Assembly: GCA_013239625.1 (NCBI GenBank)
Contig: MU053652.1
Coordinates: 7,649,027-7,713,026 of the forward strand
Reading direction: 5' to 3'
Origin: Lama guanicoe
Taxonomy: Eukaryota
Length of the DNA: 64,000 bases
In this document: one piece after another, positions 14,271 to 29,200 of the stretch
Numbering within the stretch: position 1 is the stretch's first letter
Layout of the letters: each line of letters begins with the position of its first letter
Translations under genes and position numbers: made by a program
Notes under the pieces: generated by a model
What the model was told of the DNA's origin: nothing
The model's database searches: none
What the model saw: the letters and a program-made list of their open reading frames with translations, nothing else

Positions 14271-16409
14271 TTCCAGTATTGTTAATGAAACTTGCCTCTC
14301 TCCTCTCTGGAATGGTTAAAATGTCCAGGGTACTCTCGGAGTACAGATCTTTCCCCCAAATAACTATAGAGTCTTTTATGAGAGATCTTTAGCCCTGATT
14401 TCTTCATCTACATCCCCAATAGCTATTTCTGCTTCCCCTCATCAGAAATGGGGCAACAAAGAGAAAATCACCACAGGCACTTTTCTGCAAATGTACTACT
14501 CGTGAGAATTTTCAGAATGCTGTGAAGTCACCCATAGTATCACCCATAGTACTTCCAGCAGATGATAATGGAAGGGAGCTAGGATTCTCCCCTGGATCTG
14601 TGGACCCTGTCCTCATTACCATCTCTTGAGGTTTAAGGCTTGTGGATAAGACTTTACCACTGTTTTGTCATTGCTGGTAAATTTTCTATTTATTTTCACT
14701 ATTTTCATTTCATTAGATATTATCAGTGTATATATACATATGTGCTCGTATGTATATATGTACACATATGTACTTTTTTTTTTTAAGAAAAGAGGATTAA
14801 ACACCAAGATCTCATAATGGTTAATAAAAAAAATTCATTGTCTATTCCCCATCCCACCTAAAGGAAGTGTCAGAATGTATATATACATCTATACACATAT
14901 GTATATACAATTCTCCTGTCTTCAAATAATTATACGTTTTGAGAATGATTTGGAGAGAATAGAAGGAAAAATAGTTCTATCAATATAATTAGCATTTTTC
15001 TATATCCAGAAGTGCTTGGTTTTTCTTTTTTATCAAACAAAGATGAAATGATTACCACTGCTATAGTATGAGCGAGGTCACAGCAGGGAGGAGAGTATGC
15101 CTTGGCATGAGCTAGTGTCAGACATAGAAAGGGACAGAGGGCACTCCTTTTGAATGCATTGCTTGAGGCACTTTACAAGTAGGAAGAACTCAACAAATAC
15201 TTGCTAATTGATTAAAGCTCAAAATGTAAAGTCTCGCCACTTCATAAAGACTCAAACTCAAGCTATTCTAATAATATTTTTCAAGTCAGTGAAAAATATT
15301 TAAGTTGCAAATAGCCTTGTTTTCATGAGGCAGAGAAGCTATTCTATCCAATTATTATTATTGGAATTTTTCTGTGGCCCTGGGCATGCTTGCCATGTCC
15401 TCTTCATCACAGCAACCAAATTATAAAACCTGTTCCCTGCAGTTTATCAGAGAAGCGCTGGTTGTGTTCAGGGGCAAGAGACAACGAGAAAAGACAGTGA
15501 TGGTAGTTTTTAATAATAATTAATTATTTATACAGTTCTGACAGAGGGCTCACTAATGGGGAAGGCACAGAATAAGAGACAGACTCTTCTCTGCCTGCAG
15601 GACTGAATTCTAAGAAAGCAGCAATTCAAAAGTGAAATAAGCCTTGTCAAGCTGAGGACGCAGGTTTATAATTTCAGAACTTCTTTGGCATAAGTTTCAT
15701 TCCAAAACGTTACTGAGGGTATATTCTATAGTGGTGACAAATGGCCTTCCACTATTACACAAGTTCCTCTTCTTCGCCTTTCCATCAATTTTGCCAAAGC
15801 AACAACTTAAAATGTGAATAACTATACTAAATCATACAGCTGTTTTGACGAGAGTGTTCAAGATGTGGTTTGATTGCAACTTTTCTTTCTTAGTCACTTG
15901 ACTTCATTTTTATCTGAAATGAGGACGGGTTTCATTACACACAGTTTATAAGGTAAAGGTATATGCTAGACTTAAGTAGGCTGGGAAGATGTTTCAGCAT
16001 GGTTTCACTAGCAATATTGGCCCCAGTGATGTAAGACAGGAAATTTAGAAGCCCTGGCCTCCCCAGAGCATTTGGAGACAACAGGACCCTCCAAAGAAAG
16101 CTCAGGGTCCAGGCATTTGGATTTCTTGGGAAACCCTTTGAGGTTTAAACTATTGCCCAATTCAGTTATTCCTGAATAAACAAACAATTCTAACAGATGT
16201 TTCAGGATTTGGGAGATTGGGGTGGAATAAAGGCATCAGAAAAGCAGGTAGCTGTCAGTCACGGTGTTGGTTCATTCCCTCGGAGCAGATTGGAAAGAGA
16301 GACGTTTAAATGCTCCCATCCAGTTAAAGAAGTTCTAGTCTCTCCCACTGGAGCTAAGACCCTAATTGATAGGTGGTCTTTTTAGGTTTCTCGGTTCAAA
16401 TATATATTC

Positions 16410-17100
16410 TTTTATTTTTTTCCTAATACTTATTATTGTGGTAAAATACACATGACATAAAATATATCATCTTAATCATTTTTAAGTGTATAGGTCAGTG
16501 GTATTGAATATACCCATAATGTTGTGCAAACATCATCAGCATACATCTCCAGAAATCCTTTCCTATTATAAAACTGAAACCCTACCATCATTAAACAATA
16601 ACTTCTATTTTCTCCCTCTCCCCAACCCCTGGAAACTTCATTCTACTTTCTGTCCCTATAATTTTGACTATTTTAAGTACCTCATTTAAGTAGATCATAT
16701 ACTGTTTATCTTTTTGTGACTGGCTTATTTCGCTTAGCATAGCTTTCTCAAGGTTCATCCAAGTTGAATCAAATGTCATAATTTCCACTCTTTTATAGGC
16801 TGAATAATATTCCTTCGTATGTGTATACCACATTTTGCTTATCTATTCAACCATCAAATGGACATGGGTTGTTTTTACATTCTAGCTAGTTTGAATAATA
16901 TTGCTATGAACATGGGGGTACAAATATCTCTTCAAAGCCCTGCTTTCAATTCTTTTGGGTATATACTCAGAAGTGAAATTGCTGGATAATATGGTAATTT
17001 TACTTTTAATTTTTTGACGAGCTGCCATACTGGTTTCCAACAATGTATAAAGGATCCTTCTCGCCACATCCTCTCCAAGTTACTATTTTTTGTCTCTTTT
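16410..17100 (-). mobile_element. L1 3' end (L1MA/L1MB-like)
   Basis: Minus-strand ORF MWYTHTKEYYSAYKR...TWMNLEKAMLSEISQSQK is the L1 ORF2p C-terminus; ttattgtggtaaaatacacat terminus. Confidence 0.9.
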
Positions 17101-17480
17101 CTTTTATGGCTAGAGACTTGTTAGGGCTCTTATTTAAGGAAGTATTCTCTCTATATCTAGGTTATAATGACAGTCAAATTCTTTTTTCCAAAAGTTTTCA
17201 AGCCTTGCTTTTGATATTTAAGATTTTGATCTTGTGTGTAGATGTTGAAAGATCTGAAACAAGGAACCAAATTCATTTTTTCCAAATGGATAACCAAGCT
17301 TGCTAGCTCCATTTATTGAACAGTCCCTCTTTTCCCCAGTGACTTGCCATGCTACATCTGTTGCATATCAAAGTGTGTTATGTATGTGGTTCTGTTTCTT
17401 AAAAGCAGTCATTTCCTCGAACTTCACTGGTTTTGTACTATCTTAATTACTATAGTAGCTATAATAAATCTTTTTATCTA
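17100..17480 (-). mobile_element. Older degenerate L1 fragment
   Basis: ttccaaatggataaccaag...ccatttattgaacagtccctcttttcccc is a typical antisense L1 ORF2 remnant. Confidence 0.6.
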
Positions 17481-20224
17481 TCAGAAGTCCATCCTCCTCC
17501 TCCTTCTCCTCTTCCTTTTTTCCCTTGGAATTAGACACTGAAATGATGATCTGTCAAAAGATAATTTTCATGAGAGGTGGACACAGTGTTAACGAGGCCA
17601 AGGTTGTGTTATCAGAATTGTAGACCAATAAACTATTCCAGGATCACAATCTCTACATCCAGAGACTTGTCTTTCTAATGGCTGTTAGCTGTCACACAAG
17701 GTGGAAGAGAGAGCTGACTTAACTAAAGCCTATTTTTATTATTAAAATATTGTATGGCACTGCCAGCTGTGATGTCTGCAGGCTAAACATGAACACATCA
17801 TCACAGCACAGCCTGATGTTTTGAGGGGCTATTTGTTACTGAGTTTGGGGTGGGGCCTGGCAGAAGACAGTCTGGATGTTCTCCCAGGCACAACCTCCTA
17901 GCAGATGTTAGTCTCCAGGAAAATTTGGTTGACTGTCAGTATGTGAAGAAATCAGTGCAAGGTGAATAGCTTTTTAAAAAGAAAAAAAAAAGATTTTTTC
18001 TCTCTTACGGTGTATAAATGTATTTTAGAACTCTAAAAAGAAAAAGAAGAGTGAAAATGTTCATTTTCCCAGAGTATGATTTCTCTCCAGCTTTGAGCCT
18101 ATAAATCTGCAACAATTTACAACTGAACGAATGTCTTCAGTGTGTGAACTTGACTCATCTAAAGACATAACACGTGCTCCAGATAAACACCCTCATAGAC
18201 AAGCATGTCATTTGGAAGACTTTCCCCATGAATAACATTACTGACACATCCCCTGACAAAGTCTGTCAGATGTTTTCACTTTCAAGTGGAAGAGACAACC
18301 ATCTGGTACCCAAAGTAAACAGTCTCAGATTCCTGAAAGAGAAACCCAGCATTTTATTCCAACTGAAACTTAGGCAAATTCTAAGGAAAAAAAAAGAAAA
18401 GGTGAATTTTTGATCACTAAAGTAATTTTCCACCCAAGTTATCAGATATAATTTTGATAGAGCAAATGTTCTTTCAGACATGAGATGCTCTGTTGATCTC
18501 GGGTAACTTAAGATACACAACCATTTCCAGTAGTCTATTGAGTAGGTAACACAGATACTACTTCCAGAAGGAACCTTCATCTGGAGGCAGATAGTTAAAA
18601 TGAATGTGGATATGGATGCACTCAAGAACTACGGGCCAGGTAGAGGGTTAAGTGTTAGAGACACCAAGATCGTGGCCCTTCTCTCAAAGATCTTACAGTA
18701 CAGTAGGGGACATACACAAAGAGATTATTAAAAGGAATGTTGAAGAGATGGAAAAAGTCTACCCAGCGGAGAGTGAAGGGAAGGAACCCCTCACCTAGCT
18801 GGGTGTCCAAAGATGGGCTCTGGGACCAGGAATAAAAATTCATTCCACACACTTACTCATCAGTGTGTTTTCATAATAACAACTCTTAAAAAGTGATAAT
18901 ACTTTTCAGATAATTCCTTTTTTTCTTTATAATTTTTTTTTCATCTAAAAAACACTGAATGAATATGCTCTGTATTACTTAACTCCATTAACTAATAGTT
19001 TAAAATTATAGTTTCAGGCTAAGACACACGTTTACTCAACATAAAAGTCTGTAGTCAGAGACTCTCATGTGGGACAAGTTTTAATTGTGTGCCATATTTA
19101 GAACTCAAAACACTTTTCTTTGGGTGTATAAGTCAAGTGAGTGGAATGAAAAGCTTGAATTTTCTGTGATTTTTCGTAAGAAACTGTGTACATGCACTTT
19201 TTCCATGGGCTTCAAAACACCCTTGTGGTTAGCCTTCATTTTGACCTAGAAATAATTTTTTCTAAGCTACAACCTTGCTTTTAAATGCTGTTTGAGTGTA
19301 AAATAACCATGGACCTAATTACGTTTGAAAAATTTATGAGAAAAACAGTGAAAAAAAAATCTATGCTCAAAGAATGATTATCTCATACCCTTTCATCCCC
19401 AATACTTACCATTATGGCTTCTCTGCGTCATTTGGTACATACAATAAATTCCCAGTACATTTCATTTTATATACAATCTACACCTCTTTACTTGCAAACT
19501 ATGTTTGCTTATATAGGCTTGCTTTTATTGTTTCATCACTAAATGTTTCTATCTGTGAGAATTGTTTGGATATCTTATGTTGAGATGAAATATACCCTGA
19601 TCTTTCTCGTTTAAATTGAAGATTTTTTTAATTTAACAGCTTTTCACTTAGCAAGTTTTGCAGTAAAAAAAATAAAGTTGTTAAGCAAAAAGTTAAGTGC
19701 ACAAGTCTGAGTTAGAACATTCTTTGGAGTAAGCAAGGAAAATAAGAGAATTTAGGTGTGTGTGGAGAAGTAAAGGAGTTGTGGAAAAACTTAAGGAAGT
19801 CAGGTTAGCTCAGGTAAATATAAAGAATAAATATATTTTTTAAGAGAAAGGGAGATTTGATCATTATTCCTGAGGATATGATTTTGCAACCTTCTAAAGA
19901 TCATTTTAAAAAGCAATATGATAAGTGATTGCATTGCGAAGAAAAAAAATTATACACACGTAGAGGGAGAGAGACTGTTCTAACGTCCCAGTGTTACGTA
20001 ATTGGGGACGCATCCTCAGGACAACATTTCCAGGAATAGAATCACACACAGATTCACTTTTAGGCTGGTATCACAGGTTAGCTGGAAGCAAAGATGATTT
20101 GCTCTAAGTAAACACAGGTTGATTCAAAAGTTAAGTTCTAAAAATTAAGTCACTGATGGTGAACATGCATATGAATAGTCTGAGTAAAATTATTTCAGGA
20201 AAATGTGCACGTTAACTACTGTTC

Positions 20225-20960
<736 letters not shown>

Positions 20961-21269
20961 TACTGTTCTAAACTACTCCTAGTTTGTTTCATGAGTTTCT
21001 CTTTCTATTCAAGACAATAAGCTTTTCCAGAATAGGTATTGTGTCATACTACCAGGCCAGACTCTTTTGCCTAGCTCATGGTTGAAAGCACATTAAAGCA
21101 ATTAATATTTGCTGAATTAAACTGCACTGGCATATAAGGAAGTCATGAACTCAAAGCAGACAGAACAGAGTGGACTTGGTAACCTTCTTTTTGCTATTTA
21201 TCATGTGTGAAGTCATAACTGACATACCATCAACAGGGTCTGACCATCAGTTAGGTTCCTGTTGGCGAG

Positions 21270-21378
21270 ATGCTTGGCAGGGCAGAAGACAGCAGAGCTG
21301 GCTGGGCCATGTTGGACTTGAACCTGTGACCTTGGCCTCTTTAACACAACGGTGCAACCAATTGAGCTCACCCAGCCA
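21270..21378 (-). mobile_element. tRNA-Ile-derived ancient SINE head (MamSINE1-like)
   Basis: Reverse complement ggctgggtgagctcaattggttgcaccgttgtgttaaagaggccaaggtcacaggttcaagtccaacatggcccagccagctctg is a decayed tRNA-Ile(AAT)-like head with A and B boxes. Confidence 0.7.
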
Positions 21379-22979
21379 TATGTCCATCTTTACCCTTGGC
21401 AGGAGAAACAGCACCATGAGGTGGCTTTGTTTTTGTGCAATCACAATTAACAGGCTATTCCTTCCAACAGTGAAGAATTTTTCTATCTGCTTTTTCACAC
21501 TTCTAGCAAACAACAAAAACTAATTACTAGCTGCAAACAGTAAGGATGACAGCTGAAGTCTGAAGGTACTGAAACTGTTCTATACTTCGGTGAGAATATC
21601 ACCACTTTTATGACCATGTGAAAGAATCTTTACCCATACCCACTCTTTGTCCTCTTTGGACGAGATTGAAGATACTACGAGCTTTCAGTTTAAATAATTG
21701 CTACCCTTTCATTTAAGCTTTGCTTCAAAGTGAAGAAAGGGGACAGAAAGCTATTAATAGCAAAAGGAATTAGGAAGCTTACTTGACATACTCACATCCT
21801 TCAATTGCTCATCTTTCCTTTTTTCCAATTGAAATAACTTTTCCGGCTGAGCTTTTCAAGATAAAAAGGAGGTAGAAATAACATTATTACTCAGCCCCGT
21901 TATCTGCACTTCTTGAAATCTAACACTGGAAGAGACCCTAAAGATAATCAAGTCCAACCCTCTCACTTTATGGCTAGAATACTGAGGTCAAAGGTCACAA
22001 AAATAGTAAGAAGCAGAGCCACTCCTCAAATTATCTACTATTGATCATATTGAATAAAGACAATGAATTAAATAAGTTTCAGTGCAACTCTGTTTTTGGA
22101 ATTGGGGTAGGTGATTAAAGACAAGAATTTCCCAACTAGTTGTATTTTTGAATCTCAATTACTTGATTTCATTTTTTCTTTCCGGCTCTAAATATTTACT
22201 GATTAACTGCTATGTGCTAGGCTACTGGCTAAACACCTGAATAGTTACAATAAGAAGACATTTTGAGACAGCTATTTTGGTTTCATTTAGGCATGTTGAA
22301 AGAGCCAACTCAAAGTGTAAAAATATTCCATACATGGTAGGAATCCCCGTTACCCACCCTCTCCTGGAACCATCTTTCCCTTCTGAGACTCCAAGGGGTG
22401 AGATTCAGGACAAAGATAAGGAATGAATTGATGGTTATGGATGCGCTTGGGTCAGAGTGTCTGTTCCCCGCATTACCTTTATCATAAAGCTACAGTATTT
22501 TCTAGACATTATAAAATTGATTGTACATAAATGTCAGGTAACTGGATACAAAAATAAATGAAACAAAATTTTACCTCTGCCCTAAAGCAAGCGTTTACTA
22601 TTAAGGTTGTTGAAATAGCTCCTTAAAGGTAATCCCTTCATCAAAAATAATGATGGATTTGCGATTTTTACACTACTTACAAGCAACAAGTCAGCCTGCC
22701 CTGGTTTCATGGATCATGGCTGAAGACAGGAGACTCTTGGGTCAGAGACAAAGCACTTTATTAATCACAGCACAGCAAGCAAGATAAGCAACACATCCAT
22801 GTCAGTTCCCCTTACTCCCAAGTTCCACAAGGCACTGAAAATGGGCCCAGATGAATTCTTACATAGACAGTGGGAAAACTGAGTCTTTTGCAAGGGACAA
22901 GAAGGCCTGCTTGCTTTTTGCTCTGGAAGGAGATCCTATCTCTATCTTCCAAGGCTGTTCACTACAAAAACATCCTTGA

Positions 22980-23700
22980 CTCTCATTCGAAAAGATACAT
23001 GCACCCCAATGTTCATAGCACCACTATGTACAATAGTCAAGACATGGAAGCAGCCTAAATGTCCATCGACTAATGTTTGGATAAAGAAGATGTGGTGTAT
23101 ACATACAATGGAGTATCGCCCAGCCATAAAAAATAAAATAATGCCATTTGCAGCAACATGGATGGACCTAGAGATAATCATTCTAAGTCAAGTAAGCCAG
23201 AAAGATAAAGAAAAATACCACATATCACTTATATGTGGAATTTAAAAAAAAAAAGGTGGGAGGGGAAGGTATAGCTCAGTGGTAAAGTGCATGCCTACCA
23301 TGCATAAGGTCCTGGGTTCAATCCCCTGTACATACAGCCATTAGAAAATATATATAAATAAGCCTAATTACCTACCCCTTCGCAAAAAAAAAAATGTTTA
23401 AAAAAAGAATACAAATGAACTTATTTACAAAACAGAGACAGACTCATAGACATAGAAAACAAACTTACGGTTACCAGAGGGGAAAGGAGGTGGGGAGGGA
23501 TAAATTGGGAGTTTGAGAATTGCAGATACACACTACTATATATAAAATAAACAACAAGGTCCTACTGTATAGCACAGGGAACTATATTCAATATCTTATA
23601 ATGGTTTCTAATGAAAAGGAATATATATATATATGTATAAATGACCCTGCTGTACACCAGAAATTAACACAACATTATAAATCAACTATGCTTCAATTAA
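22980..23700 (+). mobile_element. 5'-truncated relatively young L1 (ORF2 C-terminus plus 3' UTR) with 14-bp TSD
   Basis: ORF KDTCTPMFIAPLCTIVKTWKQPKCPSTNVWIKKMW...WMDLEIIILSQVSQ; TSD aaaaacatccttga (22966-22979) and aaaaaaatccttga (23701-23714). Confidence 0.95.
23262..23395 (+). mobile_element. tRNA-Ala-derived SINE (camelid vic-1-type) nested in L1
   Basis: ggggaaggtatagctcagtggtaaagtgcatgcctaccatgcataaggtcctgggttcaatcccc (A box, B box), followed by the AT-rich tail taaataagcctaattacctacccc and oligo-A. Confidence 0.88.
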
Positions 23701-23799
23701 AAAAAAATCCTTGAAAAGATAGTTTAGAACAAAAGCAGTCAGTGCCCCTCCTTACAAGATAAGCATAAATGCAAGAGACACATGGAGATTGCTGGGCAA

Positions 23800-24400
23800 C
23801 ATTTGCTATCTCCAGTCCCTGCTTCCCCTAATGGATCTTGTGTAATACCTCTAGATTCATCTTCCTTAAGCACAACTGTGACCTTGTCAGTCTCTTTATG
23901 AGCTATCAATGTATCCCCATTCCAAACATCATCAAACCAAACCTCCTTAGCCAGATGTTATAGGATCTGTGCAACCTGGTCCAGGCTTCCCCTGCAGCCT
24001 TACCACCTGCTGTTCACCCTTAGCTCCAGCATCATGAGACAGTTCACCCTTCTCCAAACACAGGCAGCCCTACCAAGTTCCATGCCTATTCTGTGTGAGC
24101 TCTCTCCTCATCTGAAGGCCATTCTCCTCTGTGTGTGCTCTGCATCCTGGCCATTCTTTGTACTCTCACCTGCTCCCTGAGGCTTTTCCACAGGGAGCAT
24201 TCATTACTCTGTGCTCCTCTGCCCCCATGCTGATACCTGCTTGCATCTTTACTTCAGATCTTATTCAGTGTGAATGCGTACCTCCCTGGCTATATTGCAA
24301 TACCTCTAGAGGGAGGAACTGTTCTTTCATTTTCTTATCCCTAACAGCAGGAAACACGATGTCTGGCATACATTAAATCCCCTTTTATCCTGTTAATTGG
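23800..24400 (+). mobile_element. L2 3' fragment
   Basis: caaacctccttagccag, ctctagagggaggaactgttctttcattttcttatccc, atgtctggcatacatt. Confidence 0.7.
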
Positions 24401-26994
24401 ATTGCATTGTATGCCACTGCTTCCCAAAATACAAAAAAGACAGACAGCAGAGCTAAATGGAGTTCTCTCAACTCTGCATCCTCTGATGGGGAGAAGACTC
24501 TAGAATCACATTCTATGCCCTCACTTGTGCCAGTCTGTTTATTCTTCACCCTTTACTGTTTTGTCTCTTTTTTTTTTTATGCTTTATTTCTGTTTTGTCT
24601 CTTCTCTCTTCCTTTTCTCTTACCCTTTTCTCCTTGAACCCAAGAAATGTTCATTAGGGTTAGTTAGAGGATAATAGCCAACCTACTTTCTTTACCCTCA
24701 TTTAAGCATCCCTCCCAGTAACTACATAATTGGCAGCCTAGTCTCTTCTCCAATCTTCTGCACCCAAAAAATGATTTAGATATATTTCTATATACCCGTC
24801 AGCAAGCAGGGCAGGACAGGCGAGACACTGGTCCAAGTGTGGCTCTGGGACAGCTCCTGCAAGCCTTTGCTTAAGATGTATATGCTCTCAAAGATGGGAG
24901 TGACCTTGGACTCTCCACCTGGTCTCCCTTCCAGGTGTCCTTAGGTCTTTCTTCTAGGTGTCCCTTAAAGTGAGCGCTATAGGAAAGTCTGATCTTTACA
25001 GGATGTTACCACCATAGTCTCTACCCAGCGGCCCTCATCAGACCCTGGTGAGGATGTCAGCCCAAGGCCTGTGTACTCACACATTGTTCTATCATTTTGT
25101 TCTCATTCAGTATCTTGTTAAGAATAGTCTTATCAATAATTATTCATTCTTTTTATCAATTCTTCTCCTAGTTAAGTCTAAATGAAAATTCTGTGTGTGA
25201 ATCCAGATAGTACCTGCATCCGTCAAGTGGCCATTCCAGCCATGGACATGCAAAGGGTAAGAGGAGCATTCTGGGAAAACAGTTAGAATAACGCCAGGCC
25301 CTGAGGTTCAGAAATAGTCTGTGGAAATAGTTGGATGTTGGGAATCAAAAAAAGAAACCTTGCAACGCACCTTACAATTTGGGAAGAAGTTGTGCCCAAA
25401 CAGGTCCCCAGCACAACATGTGCTCCCTGGTGAAAGAGGCAAAAATAATAATAATAATAATATGTTGGTCTTTTTTTTCTTATTTATATTACCATAACTT
25501 TTGTATTTCCAGAGGGGGACAGGAGATCATAGGAGGGGGCGAATGAGGCGTCGGTAGCTCAGGCAAGAAGGACTAGACATCTTTTGTGTCACATCAGCCC
25601 TGTGTGAGCGTTCCCTCGGCCTGGAGCAGAAGCCCTGCGAACCCTTCATGAACCCTGTCCTACTAACTAGAGTCAGGTCAAAGACTGGCAGCCTATTTTT
25701 ATCCATTCAAGTAACTCAGGAGATCCCCAGAACAAATTACCCCAGCAGAAATTTAATAAGGTCAGTTTCAAAGACAGCTTAGGGAAGTTGCTGGCACAAA
25801 GCTCCTCCCTGACTTTCCAGGATGATTCAGCGTCTCTGTGGGGAAACTTGTGCACCAGAATCCGAGGTCCCTGCTGTGCACAATGCCCCGATTGTGGCCA
25901 CTTCTGAGCAGGGAACGTTATCTAAGGACATGCATCTGGCTCTCTCTGACTCTTAGCCAGGTCATATTAAATCTTTTTCTAAAATGTTTTAGAAGAAAAG
26001 ACCACAGAGGGACAACATACAAATAATCGAAGTCTTCTTATACTAACCTACTTCCATGATAAATTTTAATAAATGGATTCATGTGCCTTCAAGGCACAAT
26101 CCTAAAAGAACAGTAACTCATGTGGAGGTCTTCCCAGATTTCCACCTTGATGAGAATTAAGGCGAAGATGATTCGAATCTGCATTATTTCCAAAAGAAAA
26201 GAAAGTATTTTTTTTCCAGATTTTGCTTCCTTTCTTCTCAAAAACCTAGGCCTATAAATCCTCACACAATCAAAATATTACAGAATAGACAGCTCCTAAT
26301 TTCAGGGAACTCATTCTACCTTCTGACCTCCCTCGGAGGTGCCTGAATTTAGCAGAGTAGGTGTTCAGAAATTTTTTATTCATTTATAAATAGAGGAAAT
26401 AAAATGTTATTAAGGGAAGATTTGAGCCCCTCTGGAGCAAGAAGATTTTATACATGAAGTTATTCTGTATCCATACCTAAATATCACAAGATTACAAATC
26501 TGAAATTATAGCTGTCCTTACAACTCAATGCCAAAGGAAAATAAACACAGGGGAAAATATTCCAGGGAAGGAGAAGAAAAAGCATTTTTGCAAAAGATAT
26601 TGACTCTCTTCCTTTTACCACAGCATTCCATAATACCATGACTGGCTTTATGTCCTTGGACCGAACTCAATCGCATCAGCCCTCTCCCCCATTGCAGAGT
26701 CGGAATATGATGACTAAAAAAAATCTAGGCAATACCCCTCAAAAGACACACATTCTTCATCTTGGCTTAGGTAACATCCAAGTCTCTCCTTCTCAAGCTG
26801 AGACTCGGTGTCATTTCGCATGTTGTCATCCTTGTCCTAAACTGATGTCATTCCAAATCCTCTCTCCCTCTGTAACTCCTGGTTGATCCCCATCTATTTT
26901 CAACTTTACTCTTACTAGTCATAGAATGTCACCACCTTTTATGTCTGCCTGACTCCTCCCCTTCCCAAAGAAACTAGGGTAGAAGCCAGGCAGC

Positions 26995-27190
26995 CCTAGA
27001 TGTGGGAAAATGAAAACCTTGTACACTGCTGGTTCTAGAGTAAATTAGAATAAACTTTCAGAACAACTACTGGCAACATGAATTAAAAGACTTACAATTA
27101 GCTCAGCAATTCCAGTTATAGTTCTTGATACTTAGGAAATTTTTAAAAAAGATATGCCTAAAGACAGGTAAATAAATGCACTAGCAGGAA
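26995..27190 (+). mobile_element. Old L1 (L1ME-like) fragment
   Basis: gatgtgggaaaatgaaaaccttgtacactgctgg ... ctcagcaattccagttatag. Confidence 0.65.
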
Positions 27191-28799
27191 GTAGGAGATA
27201 AATTGACATGCATGTGACTATTGTTTTTCTGTTTAAAAGAGAAATAATTCTCCCTGTGGGTGTGTGCATGTATGTGCACGTGTGTCAGGTTCATGAACAA
27301 GAGTACCCCAGAGGTGGAAAAGAAAAATCGGACCATTGTTTGTAATGACATGATGTCTGTCCCTTGCCAAGTTTCATGTACTGACTGCTCATGAGTCTCT
27401 AGAAGGGTGGCCTTGTTGCACATTGTTTTAGGTCAGATTTCCTAGATGCAGAGCCTGAGACAGGGATTCAGGCTCTTCCCCAACAAAACTACAGTAAAAA
27501 GTAACCTTTAAAATTGTATAAACTTTTTAAAAAATTTTAAATTGTGTTCCATAATATTTTGCCACAAATAAAAGTTAATTTGAAATTAAAATATTCTTCA
27601 GTGCTCATTTCTGTCAAACCTTCACAGCAACAAATCATATTTACCTTATTTTTCATGTCCAAACTTAGTTTTATTTTACCCTTATGATTTTATCCACAAA
27701 GTACAGCTACATTCCTGCCTCCACAAAGTCATTCAGCAGGCTAAAAGTACTTGCAAGATACAAAGCCAATGCAAGTCTGTTATAATTTTAAAAAACAGTT
27801 AACGAATATGCTTTCTTTAACAATAATATAGATGGTGAACTATTCATAGTAACACCTTGTAAGTGAACTTGGACATAAAAGAGTAAAATTCTGGAATCCA
27901 CTGCCTACATAATTAGAAATAATTTTGAAAAGTTTATAGTCAAAGAATATACCTTAATAAAATTGACGATTTGTATGAAAATTAACAATGATGTTTTGAA
28001 AGATGTTGGTACCTGCCTAACACCTGGAGGATATACAAGCAGCACACCACGCTGACACTTCCTAAGCACACAACGCATCGTGAGCTGACTGGAACCTAAG
28101 TAAGGGTTAAGGTGCAACTCCCCTATCTAACTGAATCTTCACCCAAACACATTTATTAGAAGCTTAATATATAAATCAGAAGTAAACCCTGAAGAGAAGT
28201 GGAGAAGTTCTGAAGTTTTTCCCCAGTGGTCCACTCACAGCTAGGGATTTTACCATAAATACAAATGAAGAATGTTTGACTTCCCAGAAATCTGAATAAA
28301 CTATGTCTGTATATTCTATATATATTCTAACTTAATGAAAATTTTAAGAGGACTTAACGGGTGATATTCTGTGGTTTTTGCCCGAGATGCTAGCTTAAGA
28401 ACTTACTTCTTGTGCAAGGTGCAGCTCTAATTTACAAGGACTTCTTGGCAACATTTTGGATATTACATTATAGGAGCTTTCTTACCTGTGAAGTTTTCTG
28501 CTATTGTAATTATTCTATCAGCACAAAGGTCACTAGATGTCACTTTATTAGATAGCATATTAAAAACTGATCTTAAGCATTTAATAATTTCTTATCCTGT
28601 GATGTATATGTCACTTGCTTTAAAAGTAGCAAGTCCTCCTCATATTCATCCCCTCCATAATATATGGCATAAAAATCAAGCCAAGTGGAGCAATCTAAAG
28701 CTTTTGATTTGGTGTCACTAGGCCTGTAAAACAGTTACATAGTTTCTGTCTTCAAGTCAGTAGATGTATACATCAGTTAAGAATTTTTATAATTGAGTA

Positions 28800-29200
28800 T
28801 GATTAAAAACCATGATAATAGTGGCTTAGATAAGACAGACATTTACTTTCTTTCATACAAAAGAATTCAGTACTAGGCATCCCAGGGCTAGTAAGGTGGT
28901 TCCACAAACCCAGCAGACACTGCTCAACCATTCCTCGGGTGACCAGGATTGCTGCAAGAGCTCCAGCAGTCATATTCATGTTCCAAGCAGTGGGATGAAA
29001 GAAAGGGGCAAGAAAGGGCAGAGTCACTCCCAGAATTTGCCATGCAAAATTTCTGTTTACATCACCACATCAAGTACAAAGAAGGCTGAGAAATGCAGTC
29101 TTTGTTCATGGAGGTCTGTGCTCAGCAAAGAGCCAGGTTCTCTCTCTTAGGAAGTAGAAAGGAAGGGATATTGGAGAAGACAATTTGCCATCATTGTCCA
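28800..29200. mobile_element. MaLR LTR (MLT1-like)
   Basis: agtggcttagataagacagacatt, gctccagcagtcatattcatgttccaagcag, aaggctgagaaatgcagtcttt. Confidence 0.7.

Larger units (their letters stand above)
22640..23800. mobile_element. Ancient ERVL-type LTR split by an L1 insertion
   Basis: gagactcttgggtcagagacaaagcactttattaatcacagcacagcaagc ... tccaaggctgttcactacaaaaacatccttga | aaagatagtttagaacaaaagcagtcagtgcc reads continuously across the L1; family uncertain. Confidence 0.6.

Noticed and set aside
11976..14285. Active L1 reverse transcriptase
   Set aside because: Fragmented by stops and frameshifts, and the catalytic FADD region is deleted
14528..14551. 12-bp tandem duplication tcacccatagta x2
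   Set aside because: Ordinary micro-duplication with no supporting context
21303..21378. tRNA-Ile gene
   Set aside because: Stems and anticodon arm are degenerate and the sequence continues as a SINE body
23262..23335. tRNA-Ala gene
   Set aside because: It has a SINE tail and oligo-A, an altered anticodon loop, and sits inside an L1 A-run
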